64,000 nt of DNA from assembly GCF_009914755.1 (NCBI RefSeq), contig NC_060926.1. One strand, 5' to 3'. This document shows positions 1-15,461 of the stretch, in pieces. Both the position numbers and the translations under genes were made by a program. Positions within the stretch are counted from its first letter, which is position 1, and each line of letters opens with the position of its first letter. This DNA comes from the human T2T-CHM13v2.0 reference genome, Homo sapiens. Under the pieces are notes generated by a model. It did no database searches. It was not told the origin of the DNA and was given only the letters and a program-made list of their open reading frames with translations.

Positions 1-277
1 CTTCCTCAATCAAGTGGCTTTTCCCATTAATTTGGATATGGATTACTCCGACAGTATCTGAATAATTAGTCCCATATCTAGTTACTGTCAGGGATAAGGA
101 TCTTAAGAGTACTGTGATTGAAGGCTAGGAGTGCTTATGAACAATTAAGAACCTTAAACCAGCAAAGAGGGAAGGAAATAACCAAGAAGTAAAACTCCCA
201 ATATATACAAAGAAGTGAGAGTAAGCAAAGGTTTTTGGCATCTGGGGTTCTTGTTGTAACAGTCTTGGGTGAAGTCA

Positions 278-370
278 GTCTACTTCAAGAACCATTGGAT
301 CTATTGAGCCATAAAATTGAAGAGGCAGAGCAGCTTGCACTGTAGACTGGACTTGCTGCAGAACCTTCTC
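278..370 (-). mobile_element. ERV-L (HERV-L/ERVL-int) pol relic, RT connection/RNase H region
   Basis: Reverse strand translates to EKVLQQVQSTVQAALPLQFYGSIDPMVLEVD*. This closely resembles the ERV-L pol motif EKALQQVQAAVQAALPLGPYDPADPMVLEV (from memory). It is not in the ORF track. Confidence 0.75.
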
Positions 371-619
371 TTACTGAGTATGCTGAAATTTACAGCCTTA
401 TAAGTTATTTGATCAGAGAAGCACACACAAATGTGATATATATTTTCCCCAAATCCAGAGAGGCCCAGAGGTTTGGCATTGAGAAAGAAAAGTTTAAAAT
501 ACCAGCATAGTATTTAGTTTTCTTGAGTCTTAATACTTTCAGAGAGAGATAAGAGCTGGACTCTGAAGATATACTAGGATGCTTAAGTCTGTTGTCTTTC
601 AGTTCTATTATAATAGCAT

Positions 620-2232
620 GCTAAACAAATGGAAAAACATCTCATGCTCATTGGTAAGAAGAATCAATATCATTAAAATGGCTATCCTGCCCAAAGCAAT
701 TTACAGATTCAATGCTATTTCTATCAAACTACCAAGGACATTTTTCACAGAACTAGAAAAAGTTATTTTAAAATTTATATGGAACCAAAAAAGAGCCTGA
801 GTAGCCAAGGCATTCCTAAGCAAAAAGAACAAAGCTGGAGGAATCACATTACCTGACTTGAAACTATACAACAAGGCTACAGTGAACAAAACAGCATGGT
901 GCTGGTACAAAAACAGACACATAGACCAATGGAACAGAACAGAGAGCCCAGAAATAAGGCTGCACATCTATGACCATCTGATCTTTGACAAAGCTGACAA
1001 AAACAAGCAATGGGGAAAAGACTCCCTATTCAATAAATGGTGCTGGGATAACTCTGTTACCATATGCAGAAGATTGAAGCTGGACCCCCTCCTTACGCCA
1101 TATACAAAAATCAAAATTAATGACATAAATGTAAAACCCAAAACTATAAAAATGCTGGAAGACAACCTATGCAACACCATCCTGGACATAGGAAGAGTCA
1201 AAGATCTCTTGACAAATCACAACAAAAGCAAAAATTGACAAATGGGATGTAATGACACTTAAGAGTTTTTGCACAGCAAAATAAACTCTCATCAGAGTAA
1301 ACAGACAACTTACAGATTGGGAGAAAATATTTGCAAACTATGTATCTGACAAAGGTCAAATACCCAGCATCTATAAGGAACTTAAACAAATTTACAAGAG
1401 AAAAACAGCCCCATTAAAATGTGGGCAAAGGACATGAACAGACACATCTCAAAAGAAGACACACGTGTGGCCAACGAGCATATGAAAAACTCAGTATCAC
1501 TGATCTTTAGAGAAATGCAAATCAAAACCACAGTGATACGCCATCTCACACCAGTCAGAATGGCTATGATTAAACTGTCAAAAGATAACAGATGCTGGTG
1601 AGGTTGCAGAGAAAAGGGAACCCTTATACACTGTTGGTGGGGGTATAGATTAGTTTAACCATTGTGGAAAGCAGTATGGCAATTCCTCAAAGAGCTAAAG
1701 GCAGAACTACCATTAGACCCAGCAATTCCATTACTGGGTATATACCCAGAGGAATATAAAGCATTCTACCATAAAGACGTATGTACGTGAATGTTCATTG
1801 CAGCACTGTTCACAAAGACATGGGATCACCCTAAATGCCCGTCAATTACAGACTAGATAAAGGAAACGTGGTACATGTACACCATGGAATACTATGTAGC
1901 CAAAAAGAGAACAAGATCAGGTCTTTTGTGGGAACATGGATGGAGCTGAAGGCTGTCAACCTTAGCAAACTAATGAACAGAAAACCAAATACAGTATGTT
2001 CTCACTTGTAAGTGAGAGCTTGATGAAGAGAACTTATGAACAAAAAGATGGAAACAACAGACACTGGGGTCTACTTAACGTGGGAGGGCAAGAGGAGGGA
2101 GAGCAGCGGAAAATATAACTATTGGGTAATGATTTTCACCCTGGGTGACGTAATAACATGTACCACAAACCCCCATGACATGTGTTTATGTAACAAACCT
2201 TCACATGTACCCCCAAACCTAAAAAATTTAAA
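620..2232 (+). mobile_element. L1 (older L1PA/L1PB type), 5'-truncated: ORF2 C-terminus plus 3'UTR
   Basis: ORFs 579-800, 858-1238 and 1419-1601 are broken L1 ORF2 ([39 protein letters not shown]). The 3'UTR ends 'cacatgtacccccaaacctaaaaaa'. Confidence 0.95.
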
Positions 2233-2434
2233 AAATTGTTTTCAGCACGTTAAAACTGTACAAAGCCCTTTGAATGCATTATCTCATTTAATCCTGACCA
2301 CATTTTATTGAAGTTAACTGCGCAGGATTTTCAGGTTGATCTTTAGGAATCCTTGACTGCCTCTGGAGACACAGATCCACAATTTACAAAATCAAGCTGA
2401 CGGTCAATGAGAACATCAAGATTTCCTCAAGGCT

Positions 2435-2618
2435 GGCCTGAGACTACTTATATCAGAATTGTCTCCAGAGCTTAGGGAAAACTTCGACTCCTGGGTTTCA
2501 TGCCGAAACTTCCAAATTGGTATTTCTGAGGGTAGGGTCCAGGAATCTTCAACTCATTAATCTTCCCACCTTTCAAGGGGATTCTTATGCACCTTGAAAT
2601 TGGAGGGCCACTGTTCTA
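2435..2618. mobile_element. MER5-type hAT-Charlie DNA transposon relic
   Basis: Motifs 'atcagaatt...', 'ggtagggtccaggaatc' and 'gattcttatgcaccttgaaattggagggccactg'. Confidence 0.6.
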
Positions 2619-2659
2619 CCTATATTCATTAATTTCAGATTTCTATTAGATACATTAAC

Positions 2660-2950
2660 TTTTATTAAGAGACAGGTTCTCACTCTGTCCCCCAGGCTGG
2701 AGTGCAGTGGCATGATCATAGCTCCCTGCATCCTGGAGCCCCTGAGTTCAAGGGATCCTCCCACCTGAGGCTCCCAAGTACTGAGACTACAGGCAAATAC
2801 CATGCTGGGCTAATTTTTAAAATATTTTCTGTAGAGATGGGATCTCATTATGTTGACCAGGCTGGTCTCAAACACCAGGTCTTGGGTGATTCTCCTGCCT
2901 TGGCTTCCCAAAGATTTGGGATTACAGGTATGAGCCACTGCACCCAACCA
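2660..2950 (-). mobile_element. AluJ
   Basis: Reverse-complement Alu with J-type features ('catgatcatagctc', 'tcaagggatcctcccacct'). Confidence 0.9.
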
Positions 2951-3097
2951 GATATGTTAATTTTTTAAGAAGAAATTTACTAAATAATCTAATGTGGTGC
3001 TTAAGGCAGTCTACGATATTAAGTTCATAATAAAGTCTTTGGCCTGTTGCACTTATTAATAGCATCTTAATAAAACATCTATATGAGTAAATATTTA

Positions 3098-3467
<370 letters not shown>

Positions 3468-3614
3468 TTACGGGAATAGAGAGGTTGATGGATTAAAATC
3501 CTAAGAAAAGCTATTCTTTTATATATTTATTTGTGTGAACACAAAATTAAAATATTAAAGATATCTGTCTAAACGGACTATCATTGGGCCTTTTGCATGC
3601 CTTATATTAGTGTA

Positions 3615-4447
<833 letters not shown>

Positions 4448-4590
4448 CTCTTTAAGATCTTTTAAGTAAATCTTTAGAATATTCCTTCTTTAGAGTTTCA
4501 ATAGGATGTTTTTGGATTGCTGCAGACAACCTTCACAAAAGAGGCTTCTGTAGCCCCCCTACCCCCTGCATCGACCTCATTCCTTTTGAA

Positions 4591-4908
<318 letters not shown>

Positions 4909-5069
4909 TAACTCAGTTTTGATTTTCTTCTTTCTGGGCCCAATAATGAATAACTAGAACTCTTGGGATGTAAAACCTTTGTTTAGCTTTTTTTAAAACC
5001 TTGTTGGCATAGCCAACTAAGCATATCTCATACCTGGCCATAGTACAGAGGATTATATAGATTTAGTCA

Positions 5070-5290
5070 TGAGGAATGTGTCATCAGGTTTAAGTCTGCA
5101 GTCAGACTTGCCTGAGTTCAAATCCTGATTTTATCATTTGCTAGCTGTGACCTGGGGCACATTTTAAACCTTTCTATGACTCAGTATCTTTGTCTACAGA
5201 GTCAGTCCAATAGTGCCCTCCCAACACGTTGCTGTGAGGATGGATTAAATGATCGGATCTATGTAGTACATTGTAAAGGCTCAATGAGCA
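5070..5290 (+). mobile_element. MIR
   Basis: 'cagacttgcctgagttcaaatcctg...ctagctgtgacctggggcac' is the MIR core. Confidence 0.75.
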
Positions 5291-5959
5291 TTGACAAGAG
5301 TCTTTATGCCAAAGCTTGTGAAGTCTGCTGGTTACCTTTTTACTAGTATCTCATGCCTGTCTTCCTTACAAACATAAGTGTGTAGCTTTAAGCTTGGGAT
5401 TTACTATCTCTCGACATTCTTTTCTTCTTTGCAAAAATCTTCATTACAAAACTCTCTACTCCAGTTCCACCACATACTTTACCTTCCTCTCCTATTTCCA
5501 GTTCTCATGTTCCCCTCTTCTCATTACTGCCAAGAGGACTGACTCAGCACTCTCTTATATGGAACTGAAATTCTTGAAGTTGCTAAAAAAGCAACGTAAA
5601 AGAAATCCTTATGAACAAAATTTTGGTGAGGTCAACTCAAGATGGGAGAATTTGTTCTATTATATATTTAGTTCTTAGATTTCACAAACAGATCTTGACT
5701 GCTTTACATGTGTGTCGATAAGACAGTTTGAAAGATTCATTGGGAGATAGAAAGCTAAATGATGCATTGCGTCTGCCCTTAAGGAGAGGAAAATTTTGAA
5801 TCTGTTTTCCATTTTTATGCACTTGACTTTAAGATGAATTAAAACTGTTATAAAATGATCTGATTTTGAACATCTTTTAAAAGTAATTTGTTGTTACTTT
5901 CTCTGCATCTAATGAATCCACTGAAGAAGATGTAAAGGATGAAGATCACAATTTTAACT

Positions 5960-6110
5960 GATAATTATTGTGTGCTTACTGTATGTCAAGTCCTGTTCTA
6001 GGTGCTTTATTAACACTAAATCATTTAACTTATCATTCCCATGTTGCAGATGAAGAAATCGAGTCTCAGCTTAAGTCTCATGTCTAAGGTCGTGCAATTT
6101 ATACATCTGG
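5960..6110 (-). mobile_element. MIR
   Basis: 'gtgcttactgtatgtcaag...cccatgttgcagatgaagaaatcgagtctcag'. Confidence 0.65.
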
Positions 6111-6314
6111 ATTTTTTGAAATGCACAGGTATTTGCTTGTTAGGCATATACTTAAAGGAAAATCAGAAAATGTAGTAAATAATGATGTGGGGTTATGATA
6201 GCTCTTTGACTTTATGAATCATTAGAGTCATCCTAAAAGATTCTTCAGTTTGAAAATTCAGTTACTTCTTATCGTCTCATAATGTATTTCTATTTTGCTT
6301 CTGTCTATCCTCTT

Positions 6315-6425
6315 ATTCATTTGTTTATTTGCTGACTTATTCAATAAATATTTAAGTGTCTACTCTGTTGCAAATCACATAAGACTCAGGTAAATAAAAG
6401 ACTCATAGTTTCTCCAGAAGAGCGT
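6315..6425 (-). mobile_element. L2 3' end fragment
   Basis: 'ttcatttgttt...attcaataaatatttaagtgtctactctg'. Confidence 0.6.
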
Positions 6426-8309
6426 GTTTTCAATCTAGGGGTGGTCACCTTTGGGAATTGAAAGTCATCCTCTATTAAATATTTTTTTTAAATTCCATTT
6501 TTGGGTGCTATTGACAGGGAAATCTGGGGTAAGTTAAGAAGGAGCCAAAATTTTCACTAGTGATAATACTGGCAAAGTTTTCTGGGGAGAAGAAAATGTC
6601 CTTTTTTGGAGCTTTTGCTTCTTTCTCCCCACACTTTGCCCACATGCTTTAGCTATAATTTCCTGTCAAACTTACTGATGTACTAATAAATAATGAAAAG
6701 GCTGATGCTGTTAGCCATTTCAGAATTACAAAAGCTTCTTTTTCTCAATACTATTGCCAATATTTATTTCTTAGGATTGTATATTACATTCAGAAAAACA
6801 AATATCCAAAAATGTAGATCTACTTGATAATGTAAACTGTCTTATTTTTATCAATACTGTTGTATTCCTGGTTTTGACTGTTTCCATCTCACTGCTGATG
6901 GAATTCCTAGTAAAACAAAAGAAAAAGCCTTATGTTCTTAATATAATAGTAGAGGGAGCATTTCATAATTCTTTAGAAAGGCCTACAGACCTAAAAGTGA
7001 GGATGCTTTCTAATGAGGAATCTGCATCACCTGGCCCAAGATCTGGTGAACTAAAGAGTTTGGGATCTAGATAGAAGTGAAAAATATGAACTCCAGAAAA
7101 GAAAGACTCTTAAATTCTCATGATAGAACATCAGATTTTCAACTACTGCAAGACAAATTTTTACTTATTTCTGGTTTCTGGAAGCTATGTTAAATTAGTT
7201 TGTGTTCTAAAATTTGAAAAGAATAGTCTGATTAAATTTCAAGATTACAAAATCCTCCCCAATGATATATTAAAATATGTATTTGATGTAAAATATAAAT
7301 CTTTAAAATACATATTTGATTTTTTTCCCCTATAGGTAAAACACAAAAACCTAAGATGGAGAAAGGTATAATATATTCAACCTCAATTTCATGCTTCCAT
7401 CTTCGTCTTTGACTGGAGGCCAGAGATTCTGAACATACTTTTTGGTTATTTCATAAGACTCACAAACCTAGTTGCAGGTGATGAAAAACTTAACACTGTT
7501 TGGCATAAGCCACTCAACTGCCTTGGGAGAGTTGGAAATTTTCCCTTTCCCAAAGCAGCAGAGCTAGTCGTTGAGAAGGAAATGAAGCACTGCTGCATAT
7601 AATGTGTAAATTCTACTTCTTAGGCTTAAAAAGAATGCTTACCAATTGAAAACAGAGGCCACGTGGGGTATGACCAATGACCTTGTTCACATAAAGGTGT
7701 TAGAACTAGCAAGATTTTTCTGGCTTTTCCCCCTCTCTATATATTCATGGAGGTATGTGTGGTCAGTGATTTGGGCATCTTCAGAATTCAGGTTTCTGAG
7801 TTTCCATAGACAACCTAGTAGAGAAAATTTTGGTTCTTGATCCAGGTGTTGTTGACTTTTAGTCTAAGATATTTATGTCTCAAATAAGTAGAGCGTTTTA
7901 AAGATTTCTTCAAGGTTTTGAGAACAGGAAAGACAGAGTGCTTTTTAGCATTGAAAGATATCTTTAATTTTCTCATTTCCTGTGTCTGGTGTATTCACCT
8001 TCAATATTTCTTTCCTATCAACAAATTTCTAAACAGCTCTCCAATAGCATTCCATTTGAAATGAAATTGATTTTGTCTTGATGTAGCTAACATTAGGAGC
8101 TAAGTGCATATTTCCTGTTTAATCATTTCAACTTCATTTCCTAAAAAATGAACATACTGAGTATTTAACCTCTTTGGTGGTAGGAAAAAAAAAGTGCAGT
8201 CTTGTTGGCCCAGAGCCTAAAAACACCCAATAAGAGCTTTAAAGGCAGCAGTGTAGGAAGCAGTTAAGTATGTAATTAGAAACAAATCTAGAATCCTAAG
8301 ATTTTCATT

Positions 8310-8760
8310 GGATAAAAACTCAGAATTTCTGGGAGTCAATCTTAAAAGGCACCTAATCCAATCACACATCTGGAGTTTAAGTCCCATCACACCCTTGCCA
8401 AGCAGTCACCCTAACATATAATGTCTTATCATGGCAGGGACGGGGAACTTAGCATACCCCAAAACAGCTCTTCCAATCATAAGGAAGGTTTTCATTATGT
8501 GGACTCAGCATCTATGTCATGGTAATTTTTACTCATTGGCTCTGGAGAAATCAATGGGGGGCACACAAAACAACATCAACATTCTATTCCACAGCCCAGT
8601 AAAATTTTAGACAGTCTGACACCTCCAATTCTATCAACAGTACCTGCATTTCAGCTCTGTACTGCACAGACTCTGATTTGTTTATGAGAGTTTGCTACTA
8701 TGACACCTGATCTCAAGCCCTTGTTCAAGTTGTAGCCCGAGCAGGGCAGAGTAAATCATG
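8310..8760 (-). mobile_element. CR1/L3 fragment
   Basis: 'ggcacctaatccaatc', 'cagggacggggaactt' and 'aggaaggttttcattatgt' are L3-like. A second L3-like piece lies at ~10140-10300. Confidence 0.5.
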
Positions 8761-8794
8761 ACTTTCATCAGTCTTATTCACAGCAGTGAGATTC

Positions 8795-9640
8795 TATTAA
8801 AGTCTCAACAACAACAAAACAACCTGATTCAAAAAGTGCCAAGACATTTATCCAAAAAAGATGTACAAATGGCTAAAAAGCCATGAAAAAATGCTCAAAA
8901 TCACTGGGGAAATGCAAATCAAAACTATAATGAGAAACCATCTCATACCCATTAGTATGGCTACTATCAGAAAACCCCCCAGAAAAATACCAAGTGTTGA
9001 AGATGTGGAATAATTGGAACGCTTTTGCACTGCTGATGGGAATGCAAAATGGAATAGTCACTGTGGAAACAATACAGTAGTTCCTCAAAAAATCAAATAG
9101 AATTACCATATGATTCAGCATTTCTATTTTGGGGTATATACTCAAAAGAATTAAAGCAGGATTTCAAAGATATTTGTACATCTATATTCATAATAGCTAA
9201 AATATGGAACCAGCCCAGGTGCTCGATAAACGAGTGGATAAGCAAAATGTGTATTTATATCTGAAATATCATTCAGCTTTAAAAAGGAAAAAAACTCAAT
9301 ATTTGCTATAACATGGATGAATCTTGAGGACGTTATGCTTAGTGAAATAAGCCAGTCACAAAAAATATACTTTATGGTTTCATTTCTATGAGATACTTAG
9401 AGTAGTCAAAATCAGAGGTACAGAAAGTAAAATGATGGTTATCAGAGGCTAGGGGGAGTAGAAATGGGGGTTCTTTAATGGATATAGAGTTTAACTTTTT
9501 CAAAATGAAGAGAACTCCAGAGATGGAGGATGGTAATGTAACACAATGTGAATGTACTTAGTGCTACTGAAGTGTATGCTTAAAAGTGGTTAAGATGGTA
9601 AATTTTGTTATGTGCATTTTACCACAATAAAAAATTGAGC
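8795..9640 (+). mobile_element. L1MA/MB 3' end
   Basis: 'gggaaatgcaaatcaaaactataatgaga', with a 3'UTR ending 'gtaaattttgttatgtgcattttaccacaataaaaa'. Confidence 0.9.
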
Positions 9641-9779
9641 AAAATAGTCTTGTGTCATAGACTACTAACTCTGTCCCACAACTGAAATCTATTGAATGTA
9701 TTATCAATCTTTTTTATCCTATCTAGTAGATACTATAGCCATCAGCCCTCTTCTACACACATCACTAATAAGAAGCAAC

Positions 9780-9990
9780 ATTTCTTGTTATCTGGGCCAC
9801 GGACTATTCAACTGCTTTGATGTATATGAACTCTCTTAAGCTACTGTGGAGTAGATATTACTATTGTTTCTGTTTACCAGTGTGACAATGGAGGCACTTA
9901 ATGAGAGATAAAGTTACCTTGCTGAAGTTTATACAGGTCATTAGTGGAAGAACTAGAGAATGAACTAAAGCTGTCTAGTTCTATGTACCA
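9780..9990 (-). mobile_element. MIR
   Basis: 'gtagatattactattg...gagagataaagttaccttgctgaagtttatacag'. Confidence 0.6.
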
Positions 9991-10784
9991 GACATGTTAT
10001 GCTTAGTTGGTTTTTCTGGATCCAGATGAAAGACTGGTCACATATTTCTATTAGAAACCAATTTATATTTGTTCATCACTCTGATCCAAATCTTTACGGA
10101 TCCTCAGCTGGCATTCACTCTCACTCTAGGTTTCATGCTATTAGCAATTATGATCTTGTTTTCTAAATCTCATCCAAGACATTGATAAATGTGTAAAACT
10201 GACAGGGCCAAACTAAAAAACACCCTCTGGTGCATTATGAGAAGCCTCCCTCCAGGCTGACATCTTTGCATTAGTCAACTACTTTGGGTAGTAGTTGGGT
10301 AGTATGAAACCATGTGTGTGGCTTTATAATTATACTATTTTTCTAGCTGAAGGTTTCTCAACTTTAATGTCACAACACACTGGTGTTTTGCAATGGACTG
10401 TGAGGTATTTCATAACTAGTTTCTTTAAAAAATAGAACAGACTAAAGATTACCACCAAGTTAAAGCCATTCTCATTCACTTCCATTTTATCAAACTTTTT
10501 TGCATGTGGTATACAGGGTTAGGTGTTATAGCTGGCATGGGAATAATAGTGGGTATGTCCCTGGGAGAGTGAAATTAAAAAAATCAACTATCAAAAGTGT
10601 AGTGGTAGAAAAAAATGATAAATGCTGCCCTGGCTCACATTTTTTTTTTCATCTTGGTTATAAGAATTTAATAAGAAACTTTGTCAAATTCAATTTTAGT
10701 ATTTCCTCTATTTTCATGGCCATGACCTCGTATCAGGTTCCTAACTTCTCTTTCATAGAGTATCAGAATGGATTTTTCACCTAC

Positions 10785-12065
10785 TTTTTATTGTGAAAAA
10801 CTTCAAACATATAGAAAAACTGAAATATAACAAACATCTATATGCCCACCTAGATTCCACATTTTACCAAAGTTCTTTTATCTGTATGTATATGTATGTA
10901 CATATTTTGTTCCCTGGACCATTCGAAAATAGGTTGCAAGTATGACAATTTTTCTGGGGCCAGTAATTTGCCTTTGATCCATTCCCTGCTCTTCACCCTA
11001 CACTGTGAAGGTACCTCTGGGAGCCATTTACTGCAAACTGCATTTCCCAGACTCCCTTGCAACTGGGTTTTGTAGGTTTTGGCCAATGTAAAGCATGGGC
11101 TGGAGATTGGATGAGAAGACAGGGTGTTTCTACCACTCTCTGTGTTTTGGGAAATGACTTCGTTTACTTCTGTCAGCCCCTTTTTCCACAATCCAGGCTT
11201 CCACTGGGGAGTCCTGGCTAGTTCCCACTGGACAGCCTTGGCTCCTGGACTCTGGTAATACAACCTCCTTCCATTGTCTCTTCAATCCCAGGGTGGTAGT
11301 GGTTTCCTGCTTTAGCTAATCTCTGGGTTGCCTTTTTGTCCCATTAGCCCTTTCACTTCTGACACTTTTTAGGCCAGTTCCCTGTATTGAATCCCATCTT
11401 TTGAACACCCTTTTGTGTGTGTGTGTGAGTTCTGTTTTCCTGATTCTGATTAACACGGCCTTTAAATTCTTCCCATTTCTCCTAAAAATAAGAACATTCT
11501 TTTATTAACCTCGATACCATTATCACTTAAGAAAATTAAGAATACCTCCCTAATAACATATAACACTCCAGCCCATATTAACATTTCTCAACTTGCTCCC
11601 CAAATGCAGTTTATAGTGACTGTTTCAAACTAAATCCAAAGTTTATTCATTGCATTTGATTGTTAAGTCTTTTCAGTCTCTTAATCTAGAACAATTTCAC
11701 TAATTCCTTCACCTGCCCCCTGACCCATGCCCCACCATGATATTGACTTCTTAAAGAGACTAGGTCAGTGGTCTTCTAGAACATCCCTGAATTTTTCTGA
11801 CTTTTCTTCTTGGTGCTATGGGACTTGTTCCTAACTCTAGTTTCTATAACCCAGAAGTTAGGTTATACAGGCTTGATTAAAGTCAAGATAAATATTTTTG
11901 GCAAGAATACTTAATAGATGCTGCTGTTGATTTCATATTGCATCACACTAGGAAATATACCACATCAGGATGTCCAGCTTCCAGTGATAATACATTTGAT
12001 CATTTAGATAAGGCCATGGCTACTAGATCTCCCTGAATATAAATACATTTTTTACTTTTGCATTT
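10785..12065 (-). mobile_element. L1MC-type 3'UTR, interrupted by LTR33
   Basis: Begins 'ttattgtgaaaaacttcaaacatatagaaaa' and resumes at ~11460 with 'ctcctaaaaataagaacattct...aaatatttttggcaagaatac'. Confidence 0.75.
10955..11457 (+). mobile_element. LTR33-like ERVL solo LTR
   Basis: 'ctgcatttcccagactcccttgcaactggg...ttggccaatg...gctggagattgga', ending 'ttctgttttcctgattctgattaaca'. Confidence 0.7.
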
Positions 12066-12379
12066 TGTTTTTGGCATTCTTGTAGCCCTGTATGATAACT
12101 AATTGAATGTTAGTATTTGTTACATATAGTTTAGTTATCTTTACAGTTTCTATAGAATACTACCTTGGGGATTGTACATGTTCTATAAATATTTAGGAAA
12201 TGAATGACCTGCCATGAATTTTATAGCAGCATGATTGCTTGCTCATATATCCTAGTTCCGTTTTCACTCATCTCTTTTTTTGTTCATCTCCTTTACTCTT
12301 AGTTTTTACCTCCACTGAAGAATGAATGAAATATAAATGGATTGGCACTAAAATCAACTTGCTTTCTGTCCATTCAAAT

Positions 12380-13085
12380 CAGCCAACTCAACATGTCTGA
12401 AAACTCATCAACCTTCCTACCAAACTTGCTCTTCTCCCTGCATTGCTTAACTCAGTGCGTCACTCAGTAGCACCAGCCACCCACTAGACTGGAGGTTCAT
12501 CTCTGATCCCTGACTGTCAATCACACCACTCATTCAGTTATTTCCCAAGCTATGTCCATTCTGCCTCCCTGTACGTCAAATCACTCAAATCTTATTACCA
12601 TTACTCAAGGTTAGTTTTTCACTAATTTTCAGGTAGACTACTTCAAAGACTCACTTTCTCGCTTCCAGATGACCTCCCTCAAATCTCTCCTCCCTGGTTC
12701 ATACTGATGGCCCAGGTTTCTTCATCTCAACCTCCTACTTAAACTCTTGTCAATCAACCTCCATTGTTAGCAGGATTCAAGCCTCGCTCTATCAAGGGCT
12801 GCTTGCTCTCCAGTCTTGCATCTTGATGCCATGCCTTCTGCACCCACTACACGAGCCCCCATGTGTTACAGTCACAACGGACTGTACTCTCACGTTTACA
12901 CACTTGTGCCCCTGCTGCTGCTCCTTGCTGTGGCACTCCACGTTGTATTCCCCTGGTTATCCTTTACTCATGCCTCAAGTCTTAGCTGAACAGGCATCTC
13001 TATGTGAATCCTTCCCTGATTCTCTCAGTGTATCCTTGCATCCAAGCACCTAGCACAGTGCTGACACAAGTAGGTGACCAATACA
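12380..13085 (+). mobile_element. L2 fragments
   Basis: 'caactcaacatgtctgaaaactcatca...', with 3' end 'cctagcacagtgctgacacaagtaggtgaccaataca'. Confidence 0.7.
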
Positions 13086-13934
13086 TGTCTACCCACCCCA
13101 CTGAAGGGGGTATCCAGCCATACTTCTCTCTGCAACCCTGAAAAGGCTTTCCCCGGTTCTTCCTTCCATCTGAATCAAACCCGAGCCCCGTTAGTCTCTC
13201 TTAGCAAAAATTTCCTCTATTGCCTAGACTTATGGCTAGATATAAATAGATATCAAAAATATAAAAATGTAGGAAAAAAGGAAAGAGTCAAGGCTGGAGG
13301 CAGAGTTTCCCAGAGCAGCAGCAGGGCCACTCTGTAGGTCTGTAGAGAAAGCCTGGGGACAAGAAGTCTAGTGAGGTACAGCTAACATCAGGCTGGATTA
13401 TGTTATTGCCAGGAGTAAAGGGCCAACTCCAAATCAGAATGTGGGAATCACAGCAGGGCCAAATCGTGAAAGTCACAGCCAGAAGAATTCCGTGGTGCCC
13501 CTTCTTTCCATCTCATCACTGCGGTTGTGCAGACCAATGATGAATCTAGAAGTTCATGGTTTGCACCAGCCCTGTGAAATCACAAAACAGGGCTGATAAT
13601 AGTTTCAGAAGAAAGACCAGGGATTGGTCCTAAATTGCAGTATTTTAAATAACCATTTCTTTTTCCTCAATGAATTCCCCTATGTTTTTCTACCTCTTTT
13701 GGAGAATAGCAAATGATAAACAGGGACCTAAGAAGGAATAAAAATAAACCAATGATGAATTTTAACAAGGCCAATTCAAAAGAATGCAAATACTACTGCA
13801 TGAATCTGAATAGAAGGAGGAAAAATGTTCAAAGAAAAATGATTATACAAAGAATGATAAAAATAGGAGGTTGATGTATGGAAAAATGTAACACATGAAA
13901 AATAAGAAACCAGTTTCTAACTTCCTCATTTGCT

Positions 13935-14735
<801 letters not shown>

Positions 14736-14789
14736 ACTGAAAGGGAGGATGAAGCAATGGACTGCCGTGTTCATCTTTGCAGCAGAGAC

Positions 14790-15200
14790 TGTTTATACCT
14801 CAGTATCCCTCAGCATTATCTCTTCTTCATTAGTACTATAATAGAGCCTCAATATTGACCTGAATATATGCCTTCCCAGAAAAAGGCTACATTTTCTCAG
14901 ACTCCCTTGCAGCAGAGTATAGCTGTATGACCAGGTTCTGGTTAATGGGATGTAAGTAGAAATATTTGCAACTAATCAAAAAGGTATTTCAAGGGGAGGA
15001 GTTGTGTGCTGGTCTTTGACTATTCATCCTTCCTATGTGCTGGGTTAAAGGTATGATGGTTGGAATTTAAGCAGCCAAATTGGATATGATATGGCAATCA
15101 AAGAGTTACATTGTGCAAAGTAGAAGGACACTGGATCCCTGATGATTTTGGGAAGCAGAGCTGCCACACTAGGTCAAGATCTGGAACCACTACAGCTGTA
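14790..15200 (+). mobile_element. MLT1J-like MaLR LTR
   Basis: 'cattttctcagactcccttgcagc...tgaccaggttctggttaatgggatgtaagtagaa'. Confidence 0.65.
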
Positions 15201-15461
15201 CATAATCCTAAATGGCAAGCACAGATAAGGTGCTGTGAGACAGGCACAAGGCATGGGGCTTAAGGACATCTGAGCCCAGTCTTGAGAACATGGAAGATAA
15301 ATGGGGAAAGACACTTCAGGGAATGCAAACCCCATTAATAAATATACTAAGTAATGAAGTAGCATAGTGTATTTAGGTAATGACAATTAAACCCTTAGTA
15401 TCATTGATACACAAAAGGTAGAGCAAAAGCAGGTTACAAATAACACATAGACAATTGAGAT

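Noticed and set aside
579-2311. ORFs with L1 ORF2 similarity as functional genes (also 20183-21174 and 38130-40081)
   Set aside because: They are frameshifted, stop-interrupted, truncated L1 relics.
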